DNA of 64,000 nt, taken from contig CAVUKA010000005.1 in assembly GCA_963741945.1 (NCBI GenBank), positions 416,001 through 480,000 of the forward strand, in the 5' to 3' direction. This document shows, in pieces, positions 46,396 through 55,554 of this stretch (its first letter is position 1; each line of letters opens with the position of its first letter). Source of the stretch: an uncultured Gemmatimonadales bacterium. Lineage in GTDB: Bacteria; Gemmatimonadota; Gemmatimonadetes; Longimicrobiales; RSA9. The notes under the pieces are model-generated. The model was not told where the DNA came from and ran no database searches. It saw nothing but the letters and a program-made list of their open reading frames with translations. The translations under genes were made by a program, and so were the position numbers.

Positions 46396-47394
46396 CTACT
46401 CCAGGTCCAGCTTCGGCACGGCCATCTGCATCTCCTCGCCCATCTCTTCGGCGGAGCGCATGCCGGCGAGGTCCAGCTCGAAATCGGGGACATCGGCGGG
46501 CCGCAGCTTCTCGGCGAGCTCGATCATCTCCCGCTTGCTGAGCCCGTGGTCCCGCAGGGCGGTGGCATCGAGGCTGCCGCCATGGCGAGCGGAGAGCGTC
46601 ACGCTCTCATCCTCCTGTCCGACATCGATGAGGGCGCGGAGCGCCTCCATTTCGCCCCGGGACATGGCTGCGGCGGCGAAGGCATAATCGATCCAGGCTT
46701 CGTAGGAGAGCGGCGCCACGCGCTTCAGCATCCCGGCCATGACTTCGGCATAGGCGCGGATTTCGAACTGCGCGTGCGGATCGGCGCGGAGCGTCAGGAA
46801 GTGGATCAGGTTGTGGAGGTCGATCTTCCAGTACCACTGCGTGTAGGTAGAGAGCGGCAGATCGATGCGCGCGAGCTCCCGGGCCACATCCTTTCCCAGC
46901 AGCCACTCGTAATCGGCGCCAGCCTGTTCGCGCGTCTCCTGCCATCGAGCCAGCGCCTGGCGGTGCAGCTCGGGACTCGCCCCTTCAGGCATGCGTCCCT
47001 GCTTGTTGTCCACGCTCTGGAGCGCGAAGTGGTCCGCGTCCGGGGCATAGAAGAGCAGCGGCATGAGTGAATACCGGCCGCTGTACTCGTTCAGGTTCGC
47101 GGTCCTGTGCCGGACCCACTGCCGGGCCACGAAGATCGGCATGCAGACATGGAACTTCAGCTCCACCATCTCGCTCGGCGTGGTGTGGTGGTGGCGCCGC
47201 AGATAGCGCACGAGCCCCCGCGTCTGGCTGACTTTTCGCGTGCCGTAGCCGTAGCTTACGCGCGCCGCGCGCTCGATGTCCTCGTCGCTCCCCATGTAGT
47301 CCACGAGGGCGACGAATCCGTGGTCCAGCACGGGGAAGTAGCCGCCGAGGATCTCCTCGGCGGCGGGGGTGGTGGGTCGGCGGGTCTCGGCCAT
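46396..47394 (-). CDS. thyX: Flavin-dependent thymidylate synthase
   Basis: AARVSY, HTTPSE, PIFVARQWVRHRTANLNEYSGRY, ARELAR, LHNL, AQFEIR. Confidence 0.96.
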   Translation of the reverse strand: MAETRRPTTPAAEEILGGYFPVLDHGFVALVDYMGSDEDIERAARVSYGYGTRKVSQTRGLVRYLRRHHHTTPSEMVELKFHVCMPIFVARQWVRHRTANLNEYSGRYSLMPLLFYAPDADHFALQSVDNKQGRMPEGASPELHRQALARWQETREQAGADYEWLLGKDVARELARIDLPLSTYTQWYWKIDLHNLIHFLTLRADPHAQFEIRAYAEVMAGMLKRVAPLSYEAWIDYAFAAAAMSRGEMEALRALIDVGQEDESVTLSARHGGSLDATALRDHGLSKREMIELAEKLRPADVPDFELDLAGMRSAEEMGEEMQMAVPKLDLE

Positions 47395-47399
47395 GGTCC

Positions 47400-49202
47400 T
47401 CAGTGTCTCGGGTGGGAGCGGGCGCGTGGCGGCATCTGTGATGCGGGGTGGGGCATCAGCACTTCCCTGGCCAGTGGCAGCGGCAGCCCCAGCGAGAGCA
47501 GTCGGTCGTTGAAGTCGAGCTCCGTGAAGGTCTTCTTCTCCTTCTCGACGTACGCCTGGTAATCCTTCCGCAACTGGACGATCTGCACCCGGCCCAGCGC
47601 CGCGGCCAGATACATGGGATCGTACGTGGCCCGCAGGACTTCCCGCCGTCCGGGCGCCTCGCGCATGTACGCAATGTCCATGAACCGCTGCACGACAGTG
47701 TCCATGGGCTCCTCCAGCGCGTGGATGTGCAGGCTCGCATACCAGCGCGCATGCTGTTTCAGTGCGCTCCAGATCGCTGCGATCCGCGCGGTGGAGTCCT
47801 GGGCCGGGAAGCCTCCCTGCAGCGCCTGTTGTTCCGCGTACTGTGCCCAACCTTCCGCCAACGATCGCGGCGTGAACACTTTCCGCACGTCGCTCGGGTA
47901 CGTCCGCGCATACGCCAGCTCCACCGCGCGGCCGGGGAACGTCTGGTGCAGCGTGAGGCCGAGCAGCGCCGCGTTGTTGAAATAGGAGAGGAAGGACGCC
48001 TGCTCCGCCTCCGTCCACGAGGGCAGTGCGTTCGTCAGCTCGTAGTACGTGGCCAGTCCGACGGAATCCAGTGGCCCGGGCGCGTCCACCCGGGAAAAGC
48101 GCTCACGAGCGTACGACGGCGAGGGCCGGACCACGGGCGCCGTCGAGTCCAGCACCGTCACCATCCCGCTCCCGAGGGTCCAGTCCCGCGCTCTGCGGGT
48201 CAGCTCCCGGGCGGCGGGGACCAGCTCCGACGGCGCGGGGTGCATCATGGAGAGCGAATCCATGAAGGCGCGGACCGACCGCCCGGGCGCGACGGCGGCC
48301 ACGACCTTCTGCAGCTCGTCCCTGTATGACGTGATCTCCTGTTCGTTCAGGCGATCCAGCGCTTCCACGCTCAGATCGATGTGCTCGGAGTAGAGCAGCT
48401 TTCGCGCGAAGAAATACCGCCCCAGCCGATAGCTGCCCGTGGAGCGTGGGAGGAGGTCCGTCCGCAGCCATGCCACGTAGTCGTTCAGCGCACCCGCCAG
48501 CGCGCTGCGGGCGCTCTCCAGACCATCGGTCGCCGCCGCGGCCTCCGACCCCAGCAGCTCCGGCAGCGCGTCGATGTAGGTGAGCAGCCCCTCCGCGTCC
48601 GTGATCGCCAGCTGCGTCCACTCCGCTGGCGGGTTCTCCAGGTTCTCCCGCGCGGCGTTCAGTACCTCCGGCGCGGCCCGCAACCGGCTCTGCAGCGCCG
48701 CCATCCGCTCCGCCACGGGCGCGAACGGCCGCCCTACCAGCGACGCCACGCCCTCCGCGATCGCGTCCGTGTACATCCGCGGGCTCGTGGCCCAGAGCCG
48801 AAGCTCCTCCAGGTCCAGCAGCTCCGCCCGTATGGCGTACTCCAGCACCGCGTAGTCGTAGCGTTCCGCGCCCTCGAGCGCGCGGAACGGGATGTCCTGG
48901 AGTCGCCCATCCCAGTCCAGCAGATCCTGGATCCGCTGCTGCACGGCAACCCGCTCCATCGACGGAAGGAGCCGATCGTACGCGTGCACCCCCACTTGAG
49001 TCGCACGCACCGGGTGACTCTCGTAGTACCATGCCAGGAACCCGTCCCTGAACCTGCCGAACTCCTTCGTCGCATTCGCGACCACTTCCGGGCTCGGCTG
49101 CGGCAGCCCCGGCGCCCCGCCAGGGCGCGGCTGCTCCGGCGACGGCCCGCCCCCGCACCCGGCGACGAGCACGGCGGCAAGGACCCACGAACGTGCGCTC
49201 AC
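47400..49202 (-). CDS. DUF885 family lipoprotein
   Basis: VAGC lipobox; HPVRATQVGVHAYD, EGWAQYAE, LGRVQIVQLR; degenerate metal motif. Confidence 0.82.
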   Translation of the reverse strand: MSARSWVLAAVLVAGCGGGPSPEQPRPGGAPGLPQPSPEVVANATKEFGRFRDGFLAWYYESHPVRATQVGVHAYDRLLPSMERVAVQQRIQDLLDWDGRLQDIPFRALEGAERYDYAVLEYAIRAELLDLEELRLWATSPRMYTDAIAEGVASLVGRPFAPVAERMAALQSRLRAAPEVLNAARENLENPPAEWTQLAITDAEGLLTYIDALPELLGSEAAAATDGLESARSALAGALNDYVAWLRTDLLPRSTGSYRLGRYFFARKLLYSEHIDLSVEALDRLNEQEITSYRDELQKVVAAVAPGRSVRAFMDSLSMMHPAPSELVPAARELTRRARDWTLGSGMVTVLDSTAPVVRPSPSYARERFSRVDAPGPLDSVGLATYYELTNALPSWTEAEQASFLSYFNNAALLGLTLHQTFPGRAVELAYARTYPSDVRKVFTPRSLAEGWAQYAEQQALQGGFPAQDSTARIAAIWSALKQHARWYASLHIHALEEPMDTVVQRFMDIAYMREAPGRREVLRATYDPMYLAAALGRVQIVQLRKDYQAYVEKEKKTFTELDFNDRLLSLGLPLPLAREVLMPHPASQMPPRARSHPRH

Positions 49203-49271
49203 GAAACCTCCTGCGGAAGATGAGAGGATGAAAAGCTAGGCCGCACAGCACTGGCGCGCCAGCGATGCCGA

Positions 49272-51038
49272 GTGCATTCTCCACGCCAGTCCCGCCCGGG
49301 AATGTCCGCCAAACGTCCCCGTTTTCCCCATGAACCCCGGCCCCTGACCGTGAGCGCTCGGCAATACCGTACTCTGTTCCGGGAATCCGGCGACGCCATC
49401 TACATGGCGGGCGCCGATGGGCTCATTGCGGAAGTGAACGCGGCAGCTGTCCGCCTCTTCGGCCGGGAAGAACAGGACCTCGTGGGGAGCTGCGTTTCCA
49501 CCCTGTTCGGGGACCCGGAGGAGCACGCCCGGTTCCGCGATGTCCTCGCCACCGACGGGTCGGTGCGCGACTTCGAGGCGCTGCTGCTCCGCGGGGACGG
49601 GGATCGGCGATGGTGCCTCCTGACCGCGTGGCTGAGCGCTCCCGCCGCCGATGCGGCCGCCAGGCGCGCTCACCAGGCCATCATCCACGACATCTCCGCG
49701 CGGAAGGCCAGGGAGGACCGCCTGGCGCACGGAGCGTTTCACGACCCGCTCACGGGCCTGCCCAACCGCGCGCTGTTCATGGACCGTCTCGAGCGCGCCG
49801 TGGCGCGCAGGCGCAGGGGTGATGAGCGCGAGCTCGCCGTTCTGTTCCTGGACCTGGACCGTTTCAAGGTGGTGAACGACAGCCTCGGTCACACCGTGGG
49901 CGACCAGGTCCTGAAGCAGGTGGCCGCGCTCCTCCGGGAGCAGGTCCGGCAGGAGGATACCGTGGCGCGCATGGGAGGCGATGAGTTCGCCATCCTCCTC
50001 GACGGCATCGACGACGCCGGGGCCGCCACCCACGTGGCCGAGCGCGTCCAGGACCGCCTCCGCAGCCCCCTCTCGCTGGGTGACCGGGACGTTTTCACTT
50101 CCGCCAGCATCGGCATCACCTTCGCTCGCTCCGCCGCATCCACGCCGGACGCCCTGCTGCGCGACGCGGACACGGCCATGTACCGGGCGAAAGAGCTGGG
50201 GCCCGCGCGCTATCAGATCTTCGATGAAGGCATGCACGCCCGCGCCGTGGCCCTGCTCCAGCTCGAGACCGATCTCCGCCGGGCTCTCGAGCGCGATGAG
50301 TTCGTCGTCCATTATCAACCGGTTCTCGACCTCGAACAGGATCGCCTGACGGGTTTCGAGGCGCTGGTCCGCTGGGAGCACCCGCAGAAGGGCCTGATCC
50401 TCCCCTCCTCCTTCATCCCCGTTGCCGAGGACACGGGCATCATCGTACCCCTCGGCGCCTGGGTCCTGCGTCGGGCCACCGAGCAGATGCGACACTGGCA
50501 ACAGCAGGATCCCGAGCGCGCTGATCTCTTCATCTCCGTCAACCTCTCGGCCCGGCAGTTCTCTCATCCGGAGCTCGCGGCCATGATACAGGCGACCCTC
50601 AGCGAGACCGGCCTGGACGGCCCCTCGCTCCGCCTCGAGCTGACTGAGTCCGTGGTCATGGCCAGCCCGCAGGCCGCCGTGCGCACCTTCGACGAGCTCC
50701 GCCGCCTGGGCGTCAGCCTCTGCATCGACGACTTCGGCACCGGCTATTCCGCCCTGCACTACCTTCATACCTTCCCCATCGACACGCTGAAGATCGATCG
50801 CAGCTTCATCAGCCGCCTCGCCGACGATGACGGGACCGAGCTCGTCCGCACCATCCTCGGCCTCGCCCGCGCCCTCGGCCTCCACGCCGTCGCCGAAGGC
50901 GTCGAGACCGTCGAGCAGCTGGAGCGGCTCCGCGCCTTCGGCCACGCCTCCATCCAGGGGTTCCTCTTCTCCCGCCCCCTCGATGTCGATGCCGCCTCCA
51001 CACTCCTCGACCAGCACCGCCCACCCGCGAACCGCTGA
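49272..51038 (+). CDS. PAS-GGDEF-EAL diguanylate cyclase/phosphodiesterase
   Basis: PAS domain; HDPLTGLPNR, RQED I-site, GGDEF; EAL, ELTE, DDFGTGYS, AEGVE; start uncertain. Confidence 0.95.
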   Translation: MHSPRQSRPGMSAKRPRFPHEPRPLTVSARQYRTLFRESGDAIYMAGADGLIAEVNAAAVRLFGREEQDLVGSCVSTLFGDPEEHARFRDVLATDGSVRDFEALLLRGDGDRRWCLLTAWLSAPAADAAARRAHQAIIHDISARKAREDRLAHGAFHDPLTGLPNRALFMDRLERAVARRRRGDERELAVLFLDLDRFKVVNDSLGHTVGDQVLKQVAALLREQVRQEDTVARMGGDEFAILLDGIDDAGAATHVAERVQDRLRSPLSLGDRDVFTSASIGITFARSAASTPDALLRDADTAMYRAKELGPARYQIFDEGMHARAVALLQLETDLRRALERDEFVVHYQPVLDLEQDRLTGFEALVRWEHPQKGLILPSSFIPVAEDTGIIVPLGAWVLRRATEQMRHWQQQDPERADLFISVNLSARQFSHPELAAMIQATLSETGLDGPSLRLELTESVVMASPQAAVRTFDELRRLGVSLCIDDFGTGYSALHYLHTFPIDTLKIDRSFISRLADDDGTELVRTILGLARALGLHAVAEGVETVEQLERLRAFGHASIQGFLFSRPLDVDAASTLLDQHRPPANR

Positions 51039-51112
51039 GCCACCCCGAGCCACCGCGCCCGAGTCGGAACGGCAGCCGCCCGCCGAACCTGCACCTTCCC
51101 CCCGCTTCTCTC

Positions 51113-51149
51113 TGCCAAAGTGGCGCGCCACACTGGTATGACCGCTGCT
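51113..51149 (+). promoter_or_regulatory. Sigma54-type promoter with tandem TGCCA-N3-TGGCA-like dyads upstream of hsp20
   Basis: TGGTATG-ACCG-CTGCT (GG 51135-36, N10, GC 51147-48); dyads TGCCAaagTGGCG (51113-25) and CGCCAcacTGGTA (51126-38). Confidence 0.65.
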
Positions 51150-51226
51150 TCCTTCTCGGGGCAGTCACGCGCCGGCGGAGTGCCGGCTGCGAACGGAGGA
51201 ACCGAGAACAGAGCAGAACGGAGGAA

Positions 51227-51685
51227 ATGATGGCACGAGTTCCGGTGGTACGGCGGACGCGGTCGGCATGGGCCGACATGAACCGGCTGGCCAGGGAAAT
51301 GGATAGCCTCTTCGGTGGCTCGCTCGCCTCCACGCCGGACCTGTGGGCCCCGGCCGTGGACGTGGAAGAGACGCCCGATCACCTGTTGCTGCGGGCGGAG
51401 CTTCCGGGTGTGAGTCGCGAGGACATCGACATCGAGCTCGAGGACGGTGTGCTCACGATCCAGGGCGAGAAGAAGGAAGAGCAGCGGGATGAGAACGGCC
51501 AGATGCTCCTGTACGAGCGCCGCTGGGGTACGTTCGCCCGTCGTTTCACGCTGCCCCGGGCGGTGGATGCGAGCGGGATCAAGGCCTCGTTCGAGAACGG
51601 CGTTCTGGTGGTCGAGGTCCCGAAGGCCGAGGAGGCCAAGGGGCGCAAGATCCAGATCTCGGATGGCGGGCGGGATGTGAGTTGA
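51227..51685 (+). CDS. Hsp20/alpha-crystallin small heat-shock protein
   Basis: PAVDVEET, AELPGV, GVLTIQGE, ERRWGTFARRFTLP, ASFENGVL; GGAGG SD. Confidence 0.96.
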   Translation: MMARVPVVRRTRSAWADMNRLAREMDSLFGGSLASTPDLWAPAVDVEETPDHLLLRAELPGVSREDIDIELEDGVLTIQGEKKEEQRDENGQMLLYERRWGTFARRFTLPRAVDASGIKASFENGVLVVEVPKAEEAKGRKIQISDGGRDVS

Positions 51686-51708
51686 CGCGCCAGCCTCGCG
51701 AAAGCAGG

Positions 51709-51753
51709 AGGGCTCCCCGTCGCGATCGAGCGAGCGGGGAGCCCTTTCCGTTT
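51709..51753. terminator. Intrinsic terminator between hsp20 and udk
   Basis: AGGGCTCCCCG / CGGGGAGCCCT stem followed by TTCCGTTT. Confidence 0.75.
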
Positions 51754-51779
51754 CGGCTCAGCGCGGCTGGCGCTGCGTT

Positions 51780-52433
51780 TCAGGAGCGGAGCGAGCCAGC
51801 CCGCTCCAGGCGAGCTTTCACCGTGGCGATCACCAGGTCAGCGCCCACCCGGTTGTGTCCTCCTCTCGGGATGATCACGTCCGCGTACCGCTTGCTCGGC
51901 TCCACGAACTCGAGGTGCATGGGACGCACCGTCTTCATGTACTGCGTCAGCACCGATTCGGCCGACCGCGCCCGCTCCTCCATGTCGCGGCGAAGGCGGC
52001 GCCCGAGGCGCACATCGGCATCCGCATCCACGAACAGCTTCACGTCCATGAGGTCCCGCAGGCGACGATCCCACAGGATCAGGATGCCGTCCAGGATGAT
52101 CACGGGCTTCGGTTCCACTCGCCGGGTCTCCGGTCGCCTCAGGTGCTGCGAGAAATCGTAGATCGGCACCTCCACCGGCTGGCCCTGCAGGAGAGTGCGC
52201 AGGTGCTCGATCAGCAGGGCGGTCTCCAGCGACTCCGGGTGGTCGTAGTTGATGGCCGCGCGCTCCTCGAACGGGAGGTGGGCGGCATCACGGTAGTACG
52301 AATCGTGGTGCAGGACGGCCACATCCTGTGGACCGATCGCTTCCACGATCCGGCGGACCACTGTGGTCTTCCCGGATCCGCTCCCGCCGGCCACGCCGAT
52401 CAGCACCGGCCGCTCACGCTCGTCTTCACCCAT
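51780..52433 (-). CDS. udk: Uridine kinase
   Basis: GGSGSGKTT, HDSYY, NYDHP, RRLRRD, FVEPSKRYADVIIP. Confidence 0.96.
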   Translation of the reverse strand: MGEDERERPVLIGVAGGSGSGKTTVVRRIVEAIGPQDVAVLHHDSYYRDAAHLPFEERAAINYDHPESLETALLIEHLRTLLQGQPVEVPIYDFSQHLRRPETRRVEPKPVIILDGILILWDRRLRDLMDVKLFVDADADVRLGRRLRRDMEERARSAESVLTQYMKTVRPMHLEFVEPSKRYADVIIPRGGHNRVGADLVIATVKARLERAGSLRS

Positions 52434-52493
52434 TGAGCCCCAAGATGCCCGGACGGTGCCCGACCCAGCAAGGCATGACGTCCCCGCTCCGCG

Positions 52494-53051
52494 TCAGCCC
52501 GGATCCGCGCCCACCACCCGCTCCAGGATCACGCGCTCGAGCGCACCCGTGCTCGCGCATGGGATCGGGGCCGTGCTCACGCCCGACGTCCCGGCCATCG
52601 CCTGGAACCGGGTCCGCACGACGGTCGCCTCCCCGGCTGGCGCCAGGGTGGTCTGAAGCGTCACACGCACTTGTCCCTGGTCCGCCTTGGACGTTCCCAG
52701 GGAATAGCCACAGTTCAGGTAGCGCGACATCCGCTGTCCCGCCAGCCGGCTCGTGCGACGATCCACGACTCCGACCGTATGACTCCCCGGGTTGACGCTC
52801 AGCGCCGAGGCGGGGATCCCCAGCGCACGGTACGCCGTGAGCAGCCGGGACCAGGCTTCGGTCAGCGGGACGTCCACCTGCGCCGAAGTCACCTGCTTCT
52901 CACGCGTGATCTCGAGCGGCCGCCCCCCGGTCTCTATGCGCATCGGCTCATCCGGCACGTCCATGGACGGCGACCCCGTGCCTGCGCCGGCGCACGCGGG
53001 GACCGCCGCCCCCAGAACCAGCGCCAGCACGTACTTCTCGGCTCTGCCCAT
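52494..53051 (-). CDS. Hypothetical lipoprotein
   Basis: Signal peptide ending VPAC; YLNCG and CASTGALE; AAGGAGG SD. Confidence 0.78.
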   Translation of the reverse strand: MGRAEKYVLALVLGAAVPACAGAGTGSPSMDVPDEPMRIETGGRPLEITREKQVTSAQVDVPLTEAWSRLLTAYRALGIPASALSVNPGSHTVGVVDRRTSRLAGQRMSRYLNCGYSLGTSKADQGQVRVTLQTTLAPAGEATVVRTRFQAMAGTSGVSTAPIPCASTGALERVILERVVGADPG

Positions 53052-53109
53052 TGACGGACCTCCTTCGTGGGCACATGGGCGGGCAACGCTTCACGACGTA
53101 TTGTAATGC

Positions 53110-54063
53110 ATGCACTGCCTCTTCTGCGACGATCCGCTCTCGCCTCGCCTGGCCCGCCCCGCCTTCGATCCGTGGCTCGGCCGGCTCTGGCACATCTGCC
53201 CATCATGCCACCGCTGGAACCCGGTCCCGCTGGAAGCGCGCTGGTCGGCGCTGGAGCGCCTGGAGGCCGCCGCCCGGGACGGCCGCGTGCGGCTTCGGAC
53301 GGAGCACCTCGACCTCGTGGAAGCCGGAGAGGGGCAGATGGTTCGCGTGGGCCGCGCGCCCCGTCCCGAGCTGGCGGTGTGGCGGTACGGTGACCTGGTG
53401 CCGAGGCCCCGCCCGCGCGGGCTCGGTGGCTGGCTGCGACGCCTGCTGGAAGGGCTGCCGTCGTCGCCATTCGGGTACAGCGGCGGCTACGGAGAGATGC
53501 TCGGCGGCCGGACCCTGCAGCAGCGCTGGCTGGCTTCTCCATTCGTGGATCAGGCGGCCACGCTCACGGCTGCGTTCCTCACCGTGCCGCTGGCGCCGGA
53601 ATGCCCGTCGTGCGGTGATCCGCTCTGGATCACTCCGTGGTCCTTCCAGGGCGTTCGCTTGGTCCTGGACGGTGGCGCCGCCACCACCGTGGCGGCGTGC
53701 GGGCTCTGTGGGGCCGAGGTGGGGATCGCGATGGGCGCGGCGCGGCCGGCGCTGCGCCTGGGGCTCTCGGTGGTGAACCGGCAGCTGCGGGAGCGAGCGC
53801 TGGTCGAGGGGGCCGCCGGCGAGCTGGACACGGCCGGGAGTCCGTCTGCGCTGCTGTTCGGTCTCGGATCGGCCGCCGAGGCGATCGGCGAGATGGATTC
53901 CGAACAGCGTCTCGCTCTCGGCATTGCGCTCGACGAGCAGGTGGAAGCGGAGCTTCTGGAGCGGGAGTGGCAGCAGGCGGAGGAACTCGCCGCGCTGGTC
54001 GATGGCACGCTCACGGAAGTGCCGGGCTTCGACGAGTTCCGCGACCGGGTGCTGGGCCGCTGA
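53110..54063 (+). CDS. Hypothetical protein with four CxxC pairs (two probable zinc ribbons)
   Basis: CLFC, CPSC, CPSC, CGLC; acidic helical C-terminus. Confidence 0.8.
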   Translation: MHCLFCDDPLSPRLARPAFDPWLGRLWHICPSCHRWNPVPLEARWSALERLEAAARDGRVRLRTEHLDLVEAGEGQMVRVGRAPRPELAVWRYGDLVPRPRPRGLGGWLRRLLEGLPSSPFGYSGGYGEMLGGRTLQQRWLASPFVDQAATLTAAFLTVPLAPECPSCGDPLWITPWSFQGVRLVLDGGAATTVAACGLCGAEVGIAMGAARPALRLGLSVVNRQLRERALVEGAAGELDTAGSPSALLFGLGSAAEAIGEMDSEQRLALGIALDEQVEAELLEREWQQAEELAALVDGTLTEVPGFDEFRDRVLGR

Positions 54064-54069
54064 CCCCCG

Positions 54070-55530
54070 TCAGATGTCCAGCGTGCCCGGGAACTGGGGC
54101 CCCGCTCCACCCTTGGGCCGGCGCGCCCCGCGCGTGTAGCGGCCGGCGTCGCTGCGGCTGATCCGCTTCTGCGCCACGAGCGCTTCCAGCACCAGCTCCG
54201 CCGCGGCCGCGCGCACCCCCGGTCGGCCGCCATCGCCGATGTCGAGGCCGTCCACCACGTCCATGAGCGACGGCACGCCCTGGAGCCCCTCGAGCACCGC
54301 ATCATCCCGCGCCATGTCCGCCAGCTGGACCACGCCGCCGCGGTCGAAGTGATCCACGATCTCGTCCAGCTCCTCGTCCACGGGCAGCCGGCGCCTCGAC
54401 TCGAACGTCTCCAGCGCCGCCTGGGACACGAGATCCCGGGCGATCCTCGGCGCCCCCTGCAGCTCGCCTTCGTACTCCAACTCCATCTTGCCCGTGATGG
54501 CCGGGAGCGCGGCGTGGACATCGCTCACCCGCGGCGTGACACGGTCTTCTCCCAGTAGCACGGCGCGCCGCTCGGCATTGCTGACGGCGTTCTCGAGGAC
54601 CGTGATCGGCATGCGCTGGCTGACACCGCTCCGCTGATCGATACGCTTGTCCGTTCGGGCCAGGAACGCCACCCGCTCCACCACCTCGGAAACGAACGCG
54701 GGGACATCGACGGGCTTTCCGCCGCGCGCCAGCCACGCTTCCTGCGCGGTGATCTCCATCCCGGCCTCCACATCCTCCGGGTAGTGCGTCATCACCTCCG
54801 CGCCGATCCGGTCCTTCAGCGGCGTGATGATCTTGCCCCGCGCGGTGTAGTCCTCGGGATTGGCCGTGAAGACCAGGAGCACGTCCAGCGGCAGGCGCAC
54901 CGGATAGCCTTTGATCTGGACATCCCCCTCCTGCATGATGTTGAAGAGCCCCACCTGGATGCGGCCCGCCAGGTCCGGCAGCTCGTTCACCGCGAAGATC
55001 CCGCGGTTGGCCCTGGGCAGGAGTCCGAAGTGGATCGTCAGCTCGTCCGCCAGCACGTGGCCTCCTCGCGCGGCACGGATCGGATCCAGGTCCCCGATGA
55101 TGTCCGCAATCGTGACATCCGGGGTGGCGAGCTTCTCGATATAGCGCGCATCGCGGCCGATCCACTCGATCGGCGTCTCATCCCCGTGCTCCTCCACCAT
55201 CTGCCGGCCGTACTTCGACACCGGATGCAGCGGGTCGTCGTTCACTTCGCTTCCCGCGATGATCGGTATGGCTTCGTCCAGAAGACTGGCGAGCTGCCGC
55301 ACGATCCGGCTCTTCGCCTGACCGCGCAGTCCGAGCAGGATGAAGTTCTGGCGGGCCAGGACGGCATTGACGAGCTGCGGCTCCACGGTTTCCTCGTACC
55401 CGAGGATGCCCGGGAAGAGCGTTTCGCCCGCTTCCAGCTTCCGCAGCAGGTTCTCGCGCATCTCGTCCTTCACGCGCCGCCCCGTGTAGCCGGACTCTTT
55501 CAGTGCTCCGAGTGTGGTGGGTCGTGACAT
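54070..55530 (-). CDS. Mg-chelatase subunit I/MoxR-like AAA+ ATPase
   Basis: GLRGQAKS Walker A variant, EKLATPD, RANRGIFAVNELPDL, TANPEDYT, LKDR. Confidence 0.88.
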   Translation of the reverse strand: MSRPTTLGALKESGYTGRRVKDEMRENLLRKLEAGETLFPGILGYEETVEPQLVNAVLARQNFILLGLRGQAKSRIVRQLASLLDEAIPIIAGSEVNDDPLHPVSKYGRQMVEEHGDETPIEWIGRDARYIEKLATPDVTIADIIGDLDPIRAARGGHVLADELTIHFGLLPRANRGIFAVNELPDLAGRIQVGLFNIMQEGDVQIKGYPVRLPLDVLLVFTANPEDYTARGKIITPLKDRIGAEVMTHYPEDVEAGMEITAQEAWLARGGKPVDVPAFVSEVVERVAFLARTDKRIDQRSGVSQRMPITVLENAVSNAERRAVLLGEDRVTPRVSDVHAALPAITGKMELEYEGELQGAPRIARDLVSQAALETFESRRRLPVDEELDEIVDHFDRGGVVQLADMARDDAVLEGLQGVPSLMDVVDGLDIGDGGRPGVRAAAAELVLEALVAQKRISRSDAGRYTRGARRPKGGAGPQFPGTLDI

Positions 55531-55554
55531 CCGCTTCCTGGCTCAGGTGATCCG

